Shown one piece after another: positions 28,753 to 38,891 of a stretch of DNA of 64,000 bases. A program made the translations under genes and the position numbers. The notes beneath the pieces were generated by a model, which worked only from the letters and a program-made list of their open reading frames with translations, was not told the origin of the DNA and ran no database searches. How positions within the stretch are numbered: position 1 is the stretch's first letter; each line of letters begins with the position of its first letter. This stretch comes from Candidatus Zixiibacteriota bacterium (GTDB lineage Bacteria > Zixibacteria > MSB-5A5 > GN15 > FEB-12): assembly GCA_024276275.1 (NCBI GenBank), contig JAJRXM010000018.1:20324-84323 (forward strand), read 5' to 3'.

Positions 28753-29490
28753 ATGAATGATACGTATAAAACTTCAGTAGTAGAATCTCTGATTCTTGCT
28801 GCTCCCGAACCTCTGACGGGAAAAAAAATTGCTGACTTGCTTGATGATTTTAATAGCTCAAAAGTCTCAAAAGCAGTTGCCGAGCTTAATAACAGATATG
28901 TAGAATCCGGTTGCTCGTTTCGTATCAGAGAACTTGCCGGCGGATATCAATTTTTTATTATGCCTGAATTTACCGGGTTTGTGCAAGAGATGTTTTCCCG
29001 AACACGCAAACTTCGTTTAACTCGGGCAGCACTTGAAACACTTGCAATCGTTGCCTATAAACAACCGGTGACTAAAACTGAAGTAGAGTTGATTCGCGGG
29101 GTTGCCTCTGACGGTGTGATTCATAACCTGATGGAAAAGAAAATGCTGACTATCAAAGGTCGTGCTGAAACTGTCGGGAAACCGTTACAGTATGGTACTA
29201 CTGATGAATTTCTAAAATTCTTCGGTCTTAACAAAATAATCGATTTACCTAAAATGTCTGAAATTGAAGAACTGGTTGCATCTTCCGAATCACAAAATCA
29301 AACAGAACTGGTATTGTCTGAGTATATCAATCAATCTGAGAATTTAAAACTAAATGTCACTGATAATTCTATTGAGCCGGAATCGGAAACTGAAACGTCT
29401 GAAGATACAGAAAAAGTCGAAACAACTGACTCAGAAACAGAAACAGAAGAAATTGACCGTAATGTCATAATCGACGTTGACCAAACATAA
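28753..29490 (+). CDS. scpB: segregation and condensation protein B with acidic Thr/Glu-rich C-terminal tail
   Basis: [47 protein letters not shown] is typical of ScpB, and the gene is adjacent to scpA. Confidence 0.88.
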   Translation: [245 protein letters not shown]

Positions 29491-29520
29491 GATTGTATTA
29501 AAGTATTACAAAAAAAAATC

Positions 29521-30264
29521 ATGAAAAAAAATATAGTGCGTATAAATAAATATCTCTCGCTTTGCGGAGTTACCTCTCGTCGCGGTGCCGATAATCTAAT
29601 CTCTGAAAAACGTGTGACTGTTAATGATATAACGGTTGAGAAACTAGGGCAGACTATTGATACTGACCAAGATGTGGTCAGAGTTGACGGAACGATTGTT
29701 GAGCTTGTAGAGCATAAAGTTTATGTTGTTTTTAATAAACCTCAAAAAGTAATGACAACATTACATGACCCGTTTAAAAGAAAAACGGTATTAGACTTTT
29801 TAAAAGATTTACCGAGTAGGGTCTATCCGGTCGGCCGTCTGGATTATGATACCTCAGGAGTTTTACTTTTGACAAATGACGGGGATTTGGCGTATCAGCT
29901 AACGCATCCAAAATATCAAATTGAAAAAATTTACGATGTAAAGGTAGTCGGACATTTTACCGAAGCAGGTTCTCAGGCAATAGCCAAGGGGATAAAGCTT
30001 GAAGACGGTGCTGTCGGAAAAGGAAAAGTAAAAATAGTAAGTCGCTTAAAAAATGCTACCAAGATTATTATAACCCTTACCGAAGGTCGTAAACGAGAAG
30101 TGAAACAGCTATGTAAAGCTGTCGGGCATAAAGTTCTTAGTTTACAACGAATAGAATTTGCGGGTGTTACGACTCTCGGATTAAAGCCGGGTAAATGGAG
30201 ATACTTAAAACCTATTGAAATTGAGAAACTTAAAAAGAAAACAGAACAGGATATTACTCAATAA
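29521..30264 (+). CDS. rluB: RsuA/RluB-family pseudouridine synthase
   Basis: N-terminal S4 domain (INKYLSLCGVTSRRGADNLI) and catalytic GRLDYDTSGVLLLTNDG. Confidence 0.85.
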   Translation: MKKNIVRINKYLSLCGVTSRRGADNLISEKRVTVNDITVEKLGQTIDTDQDVVRVDGTIVELVEHKVYVVFNKPQKVMTTLHDPFKRKTVLDFLKDLPSRVYPVGRLDYDTSGVLLLTNDGDLAYQLTHPKYQIEKIYDVKVVGHFTEAGSQAIAKGIKLEDGAVGKGKVKIVSRLKNATKIIITLTEGRKREVKQLCKAVGHKVLSLQRIEFAGVTTLGLKPGKWRYLKPIEIEKLKKKTEQDITQ

Positions 30265-30526
30265 AACCAGACCCTTCTTCCTGTGCTACTAATTTCCGAA
30301 ATGAACAATTATTACATGTATTTGGGTCTTTGGCAAATGCACCACTCTTATCAAACTCACAAAAAGAATCTGTAACCTCCCAACAATATCTGCCTCCGTT
30401 TACTCCTCCGTTTATTTTATTGAATTTAGTTTCTATAGCAACGGAACAGACACCGAATTCTTTTTCATTGTGACCTCCCGGTTGTCTGCCACATAGATTA
30501 ACTTCCCAACAATTTTTTTTTCTCAC
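30254..30526 (-). CDS. stand-alone two-CW-domain-like Cys-rich small protein (90 aa, GTG start)
   Basis: NCWEVNLCGRQPGG...GVC...NGGVNGGRYCWEV..FC....C.NCSF. The two Cys-Trp motifs and spacing match my memory of the 'two-CW domain' family. Confidence 0.6.
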   Translation of the reverse strand: MRKKNCWEVNLCGRQPGGHNEKEFGVCSVAIETKFNKINGGVNGGRYCWEVTDSFCEFDKSGAFAKDPNTCNNCSFRKLVAQEEGSGFIE

Positions 30527-30571
30527 TCTTTAAATGCTCTATTTATAGTTTATTATATAATTATTTCTTAT

Positions 30572-31066
30572 TTAATCTATTTTGATAAACGGCTCCCAAA
30601 CAAACATTGCATATCCCCATGGAATAGCTCCGGCAGGTATAGGTCGAACAATAGAACTGTCCCTGAGAGTGTCACTTAATATCGGATACGATATAATAAG
30701 TGAGTCACGTCTGATAGAAAAACTTAGTTCCTGCCGTAATTCCTGACTTGTTGAGTCATAAAAAAATATAGCATTCTTAATAATTTTAAATGTTCCGCTA
30801 ATTTGTTCGATAGCTTCAGAATAAAATAGGGGTGGAGCCATAGGTGGGTCAAAAACAAATTGATATTGATTATCTTCAATAGTCAAAGTCGAAGTCTGTT
30901 CAACTTTAGCTGGATTGTCTTCAATAGTAATTTGTGCGTCTCTTAAATATGTTGACTGCCAAGTTCCCTCTAAGCTAATTGTTTCTTCTGTACTGCTGTT
31001 ATTCGGGATGAGTGAACAAGAAAGCAAAGAAATTAACAGTATTATGATAAAAACAGATATTTTCAT
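30572..31066 (-). CDS. putative lipoprotein, hypothetical
   Basis: The internal start MKISVFIIILLISLLSCS has a lipobox. No further family signal. Confidence 0.5.
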   Translation of the reverse strand: MKISVFIIILLISLLSCSLIPNNSSTEETISLEGTWQSTYLRDAQITIEDNPAKVEQTSTLTIEDNQYQFVFDPPMAPPLFYSEAIEQISGTFKIIKNAIFFYDSTSQELRQELSFSIRRDSLIISYPILSDTLRDSSIVRPIPAGAIPWGYAMFVWEPFIKID

Positions 31067-31215
31067 AATAGTTACCTTCTTATACAAATGTATTAGATAC
31101 AAAACAATATAAAATAGTAGAATAAAATGTCAATTATATTTTTTATAAATATGACACTTAAATTGTCCTATAAAAAGAACTTGCAGCACTAGGTCTGATT
31201 TGTTATACTTTTACT

Positions 31216-31231
31216 TGTGAAATTATTCACA
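31216..31231. promoter_or_regulatory. CRP/FNR-type palindrome TGTGA-N6-TCACA upstream of buk
   Basis: Exact TGTGAaattatTCACA lies 71-86 nt upstream of the buk ORF. It overlaps an 8-bp inverted repeat, CACAGACA (31228-31235) / TGTCTGTG (31249-31256). Confidence 0.4.
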
Positions 31232-31301
31232 GACATATAGGTCGGTTTTGTCTGTGGAAAACAAATAACAAGAATGGAACTATTCTGTAAAGAAACTATT
31301 A

Positions 31302-32381
31302 TTGATGTATAAAATGCTCATAATAAACCCGGGGTCTACATCGACCAAAGTTGCATACTTTGAAGATGCTACAATGCTTTCAGAAAAGCAGATTCGCCAT
31401 AATACCGAAGAACTGTCCGTTTTTGATAATGTCGCCGATCAGTTCCGGTTGCGAATGGAAACTATAGATGCTTGGATTGATTCATTACGTATTAAAACCG
31501 ACTCTCTTTCTGCCGTTATCGGTCGGGGGGCTCCTCTTTGTCCGCTTGAGGGGGGAGCGTATGCGATAAATGAGAAAATGCTTCAAGACTTGCAAACAGC
31601 ACGGTTTTCAAATCATGCTTCGAATTTAGGAGCAATCATTGCCGATTGTCTATCCAAAAGATATAATGTACCGTCTCTTATTTCCGACCCGATTACTGTT
31701 GATAATTTCTCTGATATTGCCAGAGTAAGCGGCGTACCTGAAATTCTTCGGAAAAGTCGGGTGCATGCCTTAAATATAAAAGAAGTATGTAGACGGGAAG
31801 CAGAAAAAATCGGGAAGCAATTTGAAGAACTCAGTTTTATAGCTGTTCATATGGGAGGAGGTATCTCGGTTGCCTCTGTTCAGAACAGTAAAATTATTGA
31901 TGTCAACGATGCTCTTCTCGGGATGGGTCCGTTCTCTCCTGACAGAGCAGGAGCTTTGCCGGTAGGCGGGTTGGTCGAACTTTGTTATTCAGGGGAATTT
32001 TCCAAAGATGAGATGATTGCGAAATTATCAAAAAAATCAGGATTGCAAGCATATCTCGGAACTGCAGATTTGCAAGAAGCTGAGAAACTGATTGACGATG
32101 GTGATGAAAAGGCACTTTTATATTTTAATGCTATGGCATATCAAATAGCAAAAGAGATTGGGGCGGCATCGGTCGTTTTGCAAGGTTCTTTTGAATCAAT
32201 TATTTTAACAGGGGGAATGGCACATTCAACAAGACTTGTGAATGAAATTAGTAAATATGTTTCATCTTTGGGGGAAATTATAGTTTTACCCGGAGAATTA
32301 GAAATGGAAGCTCTCGCATCGGCTGGACTCCGTTATTTAAAAGGAGAGGAAACCCTCAAAGAATATATCGGAACAGCATGA
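31302..32381 (+). CDS. buk: butyrate kinase
   Basis: N-terminal ILIINPGSTSTKVA and the ASKHA-fold length. The true start is probably the ATG at 31305 or 31314. Confidence 0.9.
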   Translation: MMYKMLIINPGSTSTKVAYFEDATMLSEKQIRHNTEELSVFDNVADQFRLRMETIDAWIDSLRIKTDSLSAVIGRGAPLCPLEGGAYAINEKMLQDLQTARFSNHASNLGAIIADCLSKRYNVPSLISDPITVDNFSDIARVSGVPEILRKSRVHALNIKEVCRREAEKIGKQFEELSFIAVHMGGGISVASVQNSKIIDVNDALLGMGPFSPDRAGALPVGGLVELCYSGEFSKDEMIAKLSKKSGLQAYLGTADLQEAEKLIDDGDEKALLYFNAMAYQIAKEIGAASVVLQGSFESIILTGGMAHSTRLVNEISKYVSSLGEIIVLPGELEMEALASAGLRYLKGEETLKEYIGTA

Positions 32382-33334
32382 ACAAAGAACCATTGCAATC
32401 ATCATCACAACTTATAGAACAGGCAATTGCAATCGCTCAAGCCGGTAGAAAAAAAAAGATTGTAGTTGCGGCTGCTCAAGATGCCGATGTGTTAGATGCG
32501 GTCTCACAGGCAAAGGCCGACAATTATGTAGATCCTATTTTAGTCGGTGATAAAACTAAAATTATAATGCTTGCCCAAGAGAATAATATAGATATAACAG
32601 ATATAGAAATTGTAGATAAGACCGATGTTTCAGAAGCGGCTCATACCGCTATTCGTCTGGCTGCAGATGGTGATGCCGATGCGGTTATGAAAGGTTTTCT
32701 TCCGACATCAGCACTATTGAAAACTTTACTCGATAATAAGTATAATCTAAAAGGGCAATTTATTTTATCTCATTGTGCAGTTTTAGATATACCGGGTTAT
32801 CATAAGTTGTTAAATCTAACCGATGGCGGAATGGTAGTACAACCCGATGTTGAGCAAAAAAAAGATATTATTGAAAATGCTATTCTTGTCAGTAAAGCAC
32901 TTTCACTTTCGCCTATAAAAATTGCAGTTTCGGCACCGTATAATATTGTCTATGATAATCAACAGCATGTTAGGGATGATATAGAGAAATTACTTCCGTA
33001 TATATCCGAAAAACAGAATGATGTTGTCATACAGGCACCGATACCTTTTGATTCCGCTGTTTCCAAAAAAACGGAAACAAAAACATACAACAAGCAAGAA
33101 GTTATCGGTGATGCTGATATATTTGTATCAAACTCAATCGAAGAGTGCAATATCATCGCAAAGACTCTGATCCATTTTGCCCAAGCTGTTTTTGCGGGTG
33201 TCATTGTCGGAGCAAAAGTTCCTGTTTCTCTTGTCTCACGTTCTGATACGGTGCAAAATAAAAAGACCTCGATTGCTCTGGCTGTTTTGATAGCCGATTA
33301 CTATCAACAACAGAATATTTGGGGAGACAGATAA
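32378..33334 (+). CDS. ptb: phosphate butyryltransferase (PTA_PTB family)
   Basis: ATGA overlap with buk. Has AVMKG and GDADIFVSNSIEECNIIAKTL motifs typical of PTA_PTB. Confidence 0.8.
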   Translation: MNKEPLQSSSQLIEQAIAIAQAGRKKKIVVAAAQDADVLDAVSQAKADNYVDPILVGDKTKIIMLAQENNIDITDIEIVDKTDVSEAAHTAIRLAADGDADAVMKGFLPTSALLKTLLDNKYNLKGQFILSHCAVLDIPGYHKLLNLTDGGMVVQPDVEQKKDIIENAILVSKALSLSPIKIAVSAPYNIVYDNQQHVRDDIEKLLPYISEKQNDVVIQAPIPFDSAVSKKTETKTYNKQEVIGDADIFVSNSIEECNIIAKTLIHFAQAVFAGVIVGAKVPVSLVSRSDTVQNKKTSIALAVLIADYYQQQNIWGDR

Positions 33335-34248
33335 TGCCGATGAAAACTTTTTCTGATATAGAACAACATCTGATTGAGAAAAATAAAAAATATAAGACAG
33401 CTATTGTTGCCCCCTCTGATATGAAAACTTTACGGGCGGTCATGACAGCCTTTCATAAAAATTTAATAGAGCCAATATTTGTCGGCGATGAACAACTTCT
33501 GATTAAAAACGCAGAAGAAAAACAAATTGATATTTCAAACATTGAAGTAATAGATTTTCAAGAACCGTATAAAGCATTAGAAACAGCAGGGAAACTTGCA
33601 TGTGAGGGAGAGATTGATATAATTATCAAAGGAAGGTATCATCCTGCCGAATTTGTAAAAAGACTCTTTCATGAAAATTGTGAGTTTTGTAACTTGCAAA
33701 ATGTACAGCACATTTCCGTATGCATGGCAAATGAGTATAAGAAGTTTCTGCTACTTACCGACGGATTTATACATTGCCAACCGGATATAACGGTTAAGTC
33801 AAATTTGATTAATGGAACTGTCAAACTTGCAAATCAATTTGGAATATCTCTTCCAAAAGTTGCTTTGCTTGCCGCGGTGGAAGTTATTTATAAGCAAATG
33901 CCTGTAACAGTCGAGGCAGATATATTGAAAAATATGTATAAAGACCGTACCGATTTCTGTCTTGTCGACGGTCCGTTATCATTAGATATAGCAATCAATA
34001 ATCAAGCTGTCAAAGCAAAACAGTTTAGGGCTTCTTCTGTTGCCGGAGATGCCGATATTTTGGTTGCTCCAAATATAGAAACAGCCAACGGTATGTATAA
34101 AGTCCTCTCTCTGTTTTCAGATTCAGAACTTGGTGGAGTTATTACAGGAGCAAAAGTACCGGTAGTTGTTCCTTCACCAATCGACTCTGAACAGACGAGG
34201 TACAATTCTATTTTACTCAGCCTAATAGCTTATCATTTGTCATACTGA
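33334..34248 (+). CDS. second PTA_PTB-family phosphate acyltransferase paralog
   Basis: TAATG overlap with the previous gene. Has GDADILVAPNIETANGMYKVL and a ~300 aa PTA_PTB-like sequence. Confidence 0.8.
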   Translation: MPMKTFSDIEQHLIEKNKKYKTAIVAPSDMKTLRAVMTAFHKNLIEPIFVGDEQLLIKNAEEKQIDISNIEVIDFQEPYKALETAGKLACEGEIDIIIKGRYHPAEFVKRLFHENCEFCNLQNVQHISVCMANEYKKFLLLTDGFIHCQPDITVKSNLINGTVKLANQFGISLPKVALLAAVEVIYKQMPVTVEADILKNMYKDRTDFCLVDGPLSLDIAINNQAVKAKQFRASSVAGDADILVAPNIETANGMYKVLSLFSDSELGGVITGAKVPVVVPSPIDSEQTRYNSILLSLIAYHLSY

Positions 34249-34381
34249 GCTTGTCGAAGAATTTTCATATAATGAGAGCATTCTCAATACTAACTACAGC
34301 ATAAATTAAACTTGAAAATCATCTTTATCTTATATACTTTACGTCCAACAAATTGAAAAATAACTTTTTTGGAGTGATACA

Positions 34382-35314
34382 ATGAAATTACTTTTAGTCG
34401 GTTCAGTAGCAGTTGATACAATTGATACACCTTCCGGTCATGTCGACCGAGCCTTAGGCGGTTCGGCTACCTATGCCTCGGTGGCATCGTCATATTTTAC
34501 CACCCCAGGTATTGTTGGAGTCGTTGGCAATGATTTTGAAAAAAAACATATCAATATGTTAAAAAAACGTGGTGTCGATTTAGAGGGATTACAAATTGAC
34601 AAAACCGGTAAAACATTTTTCTGGTCAGGGTACTACGAGGGAGATATGAATCAAGCGATAACCAGAGATACACAGCTGAATGTTTTTGAATCGTTTGACC
34701 CGATAATTCCCGACTCATATAAAAATGCACCGTTTGTGCTTTTGGGGAATATCCATCCTGCCTTGCAATTACGGGTGCTGGAACAAGTTAAAAAACCGAG
34801 ACTGACTCTCTGCGATTCGATGAATCTCTGGATTACTCTTGAGCCGAAACTGTTGGAGAAGGTATTCCGCAAGGTGGATGTTATCTGTATCAACGACGGT
34901 GAAGCAATGCAGTTTTGTAATACTTCTTCTCTTCCGAAAGCAGCAAAAGAACTGCTCAAACTTGGTGCCAAGCGGGTTATAATTAAAAAGGGAGCCCACG
35001 GGGTACAGCTATTTGGTAAAGACAGCTTTTTCTCGCTTCCTGCTATACCGCTTGAAAAAGTGAAAGACCCAACCGGTGCAGGTGATTCTTTTGCGGGTGG
35101 GACTATGGGCTATTTGTCAAATGTACAGAATATTTCCGAGAATAGTTTCAGATGGGCGTTAGTGCTTGGGACGGTGATGGCATCTTATTGTGTCGAAAAT
35201 TTCAGCTGCCGCAAAACTGCTTCGCTGAAAAAAGCAGATATAGAAAAAAGGGTGTTGATGCTCAAAGAATTTAACCGGATACCGTCATTTCGGGTAAAAA
35301 CAAAACTTCGGTAG
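34382..35314 (+). CDS. PfkB-family carbohydrate/nucleoside kinase
   Basis: N-terminal GG motif (ALGGSATY) and C-terminal DPTGAGDSFAGG. Confidence 0.85.
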   Translation: MKLLLVGSVAVDTIDTPSGHVDRALGGSATYASVASSYFTTPGIVGVVGNDFEKKHINMLKKRGVDLEGLQIDKTGKTFFWSGYYEGDMNQAITRDTQLNVFESFDPIIPDSYKNAPFVLLGNIHPALQLRVLEQVKKPRLTLCDSMNLWITLEPKLLEKVFRKVDVICINDGEAMQFCNTSSLPKAAKELLKLGAKRVIIKKGAHGVQLFGKDSFFSLPAIPLEKVKDPTGAGDSFAGGTMGYLSNVQNISENSFRWALVLGTVMASYCVENFSCRKTASLKKADIEKRVLMLKEFNRIPSFRVKTKLR

Positions 35315-35455
35315 GTTTGTAGTTATCAGGTTGTAAAAATCGTCGGTCAGGTCTTATCAAGGCCTGACGGCTAAATATATTCTCCTATGTTACACTAAAG
35401 AAAAATTAAATATAGACATAATAGGCTATTAAGCCCCATGAATTTAATTTCAATA

Positions 35456-35483
35456 TTGACAAATATTTTGTTTTTTGTATAAT
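35456..35483 (+). promoter_or_regulatory. near-consensus sigma-70 promoter upstream of the MORN-repeat gene
   Basis: TTGACA (35456-35461), a 16-nt spacer and TATAAT (35478-35483), about 80 nt upstream of the ATG at 35563 in a very AT-rich spacer. Confidence 0.5.
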
Positions 35484-35562
35484 TTTATTCTACTATAAAA
35501 ATTGAATACTTACTCAGATTAGTTTTTTTAAGTAAGTAATATATATAATAGGAAAAATAAAA

Positions 35563-38058
35563 ATGCAAAGTTTTTATAGCGTTACAAAATCAGTAAAATC
35601 TATCAAAATGACACATATCATAATACTGCTGTTATCTCTTATTGTTGCAAGCTCTCTAAGTGCAGAAAATGACAAGAATGAAAAAAAATACACCTTTGAC
35701 TCATTTGTAAAATTCGTAGGCACTTCGTCAAATGAAAGAGTGAACAGAGAAAAATTTAACTTTCGACGAGAACTTGAAAGCTATTATGTGTCAGGCAAAG
35801 GGTATGACCCCGGTTTTCGTTTTGAAAGCGAAGATGGTCTCATATCTATGATAACAATATATTTTGAAAAATCTACTAGGTATTTTACCAAACATCTTGA
35901 TTTTCCCAAATTAAATAAAGCAAGACCTTCAAAAAAAGATGCTTTAAAATTTATTAAATCGTTTGGTGCAGACTTTATTATTACTGAAAATAGAAAAGGA
36001 AATAGTGGTAATATTTTTGCTACTTATAAGAATAATTATGAAGCTGTATTTGTACTCACTGGTAATAAACTGGAATGGATTACAATAAGACCAGGTGATG
36101 GAGCTCCGGATTTTACACAAATAGAATATGAAAAATATGGTCCTCGGGGGATATTAGGGGAATCGTATACAATAAAGGATAATGTCATATCAATTATACC
36201 TAGTACATATTCTTCAAAAGCAATAAATTTTGGAGATACTCTGTTTTCAGCTGATATTGGTGAAAATAGGCACTTTGAGGGAGTTTATAAACGAGGGACA
36301 AGCAGAGGGAAATATACATTTACTGATTATCTTCATACATACAGAGAAGGATACTTCTCAAAAAAAAGACATATCAATAAAAATATGCCGACAGGTACAT
36401 TTGTTTATGAAGGAGAATTCAAGGACTGGTATGCCGAGGGAAAAGGAAAGCTCACTTATCCGAATGGTGATGTCACAGTAGGGACTTGGAGAAAGGGTTA
36501 CCCAATCAAAGTTGATAGTATGAATCGAAATGGCTGTATTTACACAGGTGTAGTAAATCGAATATTGGAACCTGATGGTGACGGTATAATTATCTGTAGT
36601 GATAGGACAATAAAAGGGAATTTCAAAAGTCATAAAAATTTCGAAATTATCGGAGAAAATTATTATTACTACGGAGAGATAGATCTAAACAACTACCAAC
36701 CATCTGGAAAAGGTACTTTAAATTCTAAAAAATACTCTATTAAAGATGGAAAATTTAAAGATGGTATCCCTTGGTCAGGTAGAGGGGCAATACTCCCTGA
36801 AGGTCAAAAGGATATTAAACTGATAGGGAGATTTGAAAAGGGTGAGTTTATTTCTGAAGGATCAAAAAAACTTGATAATGACATAGTTTATCAAGGAACT
36901 ACTGATGTAAATGGACTCTATCACCAAAAGGGTGAGTTTATTTTTCCGAATGGTGGATATTTAAATGTTGAACATGATCACGGAAAATTTATTTCATCTT
37001 CAGGTACGATAACAAAAAGTGACGGCAGTAAACATTCTGGCCACTTTAATGAACAACATAATCTTGATGGTAATGGATATATTGTATTTAAAGATGAAAA
37101 AATACTAAACGGTGTCTTTTCAAACGGTGTTTTTCAAAGTGGTAATGGTGATGTTGAATTCAAAGACGGACTTTATGAAGGAGATATCAATAAGTCTTTT
37201 ATCCCTAACGGTGAAGGTAAAATGACTTTGCATAACGGCAATGTTATAGAAGGTCAGTTTGTCAACGGCGAATTTCAGAGTGGAACTGGTGTGATTGCGT
37301 ACAACGACGGTACTTATAAAGGGGAAATAAATAAATCTTTTAAACCTCACGGTGTTGGTACGTTTAAAGATAAGGATGGAGTTACCTTTGATGGTAATTT
37401 TGTAAATGGGTCCTTTGTAGGTGGTAAGAGTAATAGGAAACTAGCAGACGGTTCAACAATTGATGTCGAAGTAGATGCCAATGGTAATGCAAACGGTTAT
37501 GGTGTATTAATACGCAAAGATGGTTCCTCTTTTGAAGGTGAATTTGTCAATAACAATTTTACGGGAGGGACCGGAACTATCAATTATAGTGACGGTACCA
37601 GCTATAACGGTGACGTGAATGCGAATTTTCTACCACATGGTCAAGGAACTAATTACAATGGCTCTCCATTTGATGCAGAAGCATATATCAGAGGTACTTT
37701 TAATAATGGTAAATTAGTTGCCGGATATGCTGAACGAAAGTACAGTCAAAAAATTACATATACAGGTATTGTTGATGCGAATGGAAATCCGAATGGTGAG
37801 GGCGTTCTTGTAAAAACAAGCGAGCCCTATAATATTGTTTTACCAATGAGATTGGTTGTTACCGGTTATTTCAGGGGTAATACTGCTGTCGGAGATGTAA
37901 CTTTAAAGCTTAGAACGGGTAGTAAAAAATATAGAGATGGTTATGATTATATCGGACCGGTAGATTCAAACTTTGAACCACATGGTTACGGAAAGTTTAA
38001 ACAGTACAAATCAAGCAAATGGGAGAATCTTACTTTTGAGCATGGCAAAATTAAATAG
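35563..38058 (+). CDS. secreted MORN-repeat protein (831 aa)
   Basis: Signal peptide (IIILLLSLIVASSLSA). From about aa 237 to the C-terminus there are many 'Y.G....G...G.G......G' MORN units (YEGEFKDWYAEGKGKLTYPNGD, YEGDINKSFIPNGEGKMTLHNGN, etc.). Confidence 0.8.
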   Translation: MQSFYSVTKSVKSIKMTHIIILLLSLIVASSLSAENDKNEKKYTFDSFVKFVGTSSNERVNREKFNFRRELESYYVSGKGYDPGFRFESEDGLISMITIYFEKSTRYFTKHLDFPKLNKARPSKKDALKFIKSFGADFIITENRKGNSGNIFATYKNNYEAVFVLTGNKLEWITIRPGDGAPDFTQIEYEKYGPRGILGESYTIKDNVISIIPSTYSSKAINFGDTLFSADIGENRHFEGVYKRGTSRGKYTFTDYLHTYREGYFSKKRHINKNMPTGTFVYEGEFKDWYAEGKGKLTYPNGDVTVGTWRKGYPIKVDSMNRNGCIYTGVVNRILEPDGDGIIICSDRTIKGNFKSHKNFEIIGENYYYYGEIDLNNYQPSGKGTLNSKKYSIKDGKFKDGIPWSGRGAILPEGQKDIKLIGRFEKGEFISEGSKKLDNDIVYQGTTDVNGLYHQKGEFIFPNGGYLNVEHDHGKFISSSGTITKSDGSKHSGHFNEQHNLDGNGYIVFKDEKILNGVFSNGVFQSGNGDVEFKDGLYEGDINKSFIPNGEGKMTLHNGNVIEGQFVNGEFQSGTGVIAYNDGTYKGEINKSFKPHGVGTFKDKDGVTFDGNFVNGSFVGGKSNRKLADGSTIDVEVDANGNANGYGVLIRKDGSSFEGEFVNNNFTGGTGTINYSDGTSYNGDVNANFLPHGQGTNYNGSPFDAEAYIRGTFNNGKLVAGYAERKYSQKITYTGIVDANGNPNGEGVLVKTSEPYNIVLPMRLVVTGYFRGNTAVGDVTLKLRTGSKKYRDGYDYIGPVDSNFEPHGYGKFKQYKSSKWENLTFEHGKIK

Positions 38059-38087
38059 TCTATTCTCAAAGCGAAAGTAAAAAAATT

Positions 38088-38891
38088 ATGTCTCTTTTTG
38101 AATATAAACTTAAAGAATTAAAAGATGTCTCCATGTGGGGAGATGAATCTAATAAGCATTTGCATTGGTATGGATTAACTGACGGTTCATATTTTTTCAA
38201 TCTCAAGGACAAAAAACTTTTTCAATATTCAGATAAAATTATTGAATTTTGGAAAAAAGATAAGAATGAATTGAATCTCGAAACAAACTACGTAACGTAT
38301 CAAATAGCCAGACTGCATGAAGACTTGTTAGAAATTATTCCCGATATATTACAACCTATCCCCAAAGATATATTTAAATACATAGAAAATTATGAAAAAC
38401 AGACGAAACTCCAAACTCATTTGCAAGACCTGTATGAAAGCTTAGATGATGAGAGTGATTTACTTGATATCTATTCTCTTGCCTCAGACTGTCTGGACTT
38501 AAGACGTTTATCAACAGGACATTTAACAAATGGACCTAACATTTGGTTTCTGCTCTGTGATGATATAATTTATATTCGTTGGAATAATGAAAACTCGACT
38601 GAAAAGGGTATTCCGATATGGTCATCTCTGGAGGGAGAAATAACTTTGACGAAGGATGAGTTTATTGCTGAAGTTCAATTATTTCATCAAAGGCTCATGT
38701 CCGATATGGATAAACGAATTCAAACTATCATAAACAGTAATCCTATTCCTCAAATTACGATTGATATTGATGTTCTAAATGAAGAACATGAAAAAAGAAA
38801 AAATACATTAAAACAGTCTTTCACCTCGCCAACTGATAAAGTTGCCTGGAACCTCGTAAACAAAGCTCTTGATACATTACTTAAAGTTTAG
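38088..38891 (+). CDS. hypothetical protein (possibly DUF5984-like; unverified memory)
   Basis: An intact 267-aa ORF. The N-terminus FEYKLKELKDVSMWGDESNKHLHWYGLTDGSYFF resembles a family I recall as DUF5984. No catalytic motif. Confidence 0.45.
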   Translation: MSLFEYKLKELKDVSMWGDESNKHLHWYGLTDGSYFFNLKDKKLFQYSDKIIEFWKKDKNELNLETNYVTYQIARLHEDLLEIIPDILQPIPKDIFKYIENYEKQTKLQTHLQDLYESLDDESDLLDIYSLASDCLDLRRLSTGHLTNGPNIWFLLCDDIIYIRWNNENSTEKGIPIWSSLEGEITLTKDEFIAEVQLFHQRLMSDMDKRIQTIINSNPIPQITIDIDVLNEEHEKRKNTLKQSFTSPTDKVAWNLVNKALDTLLKV

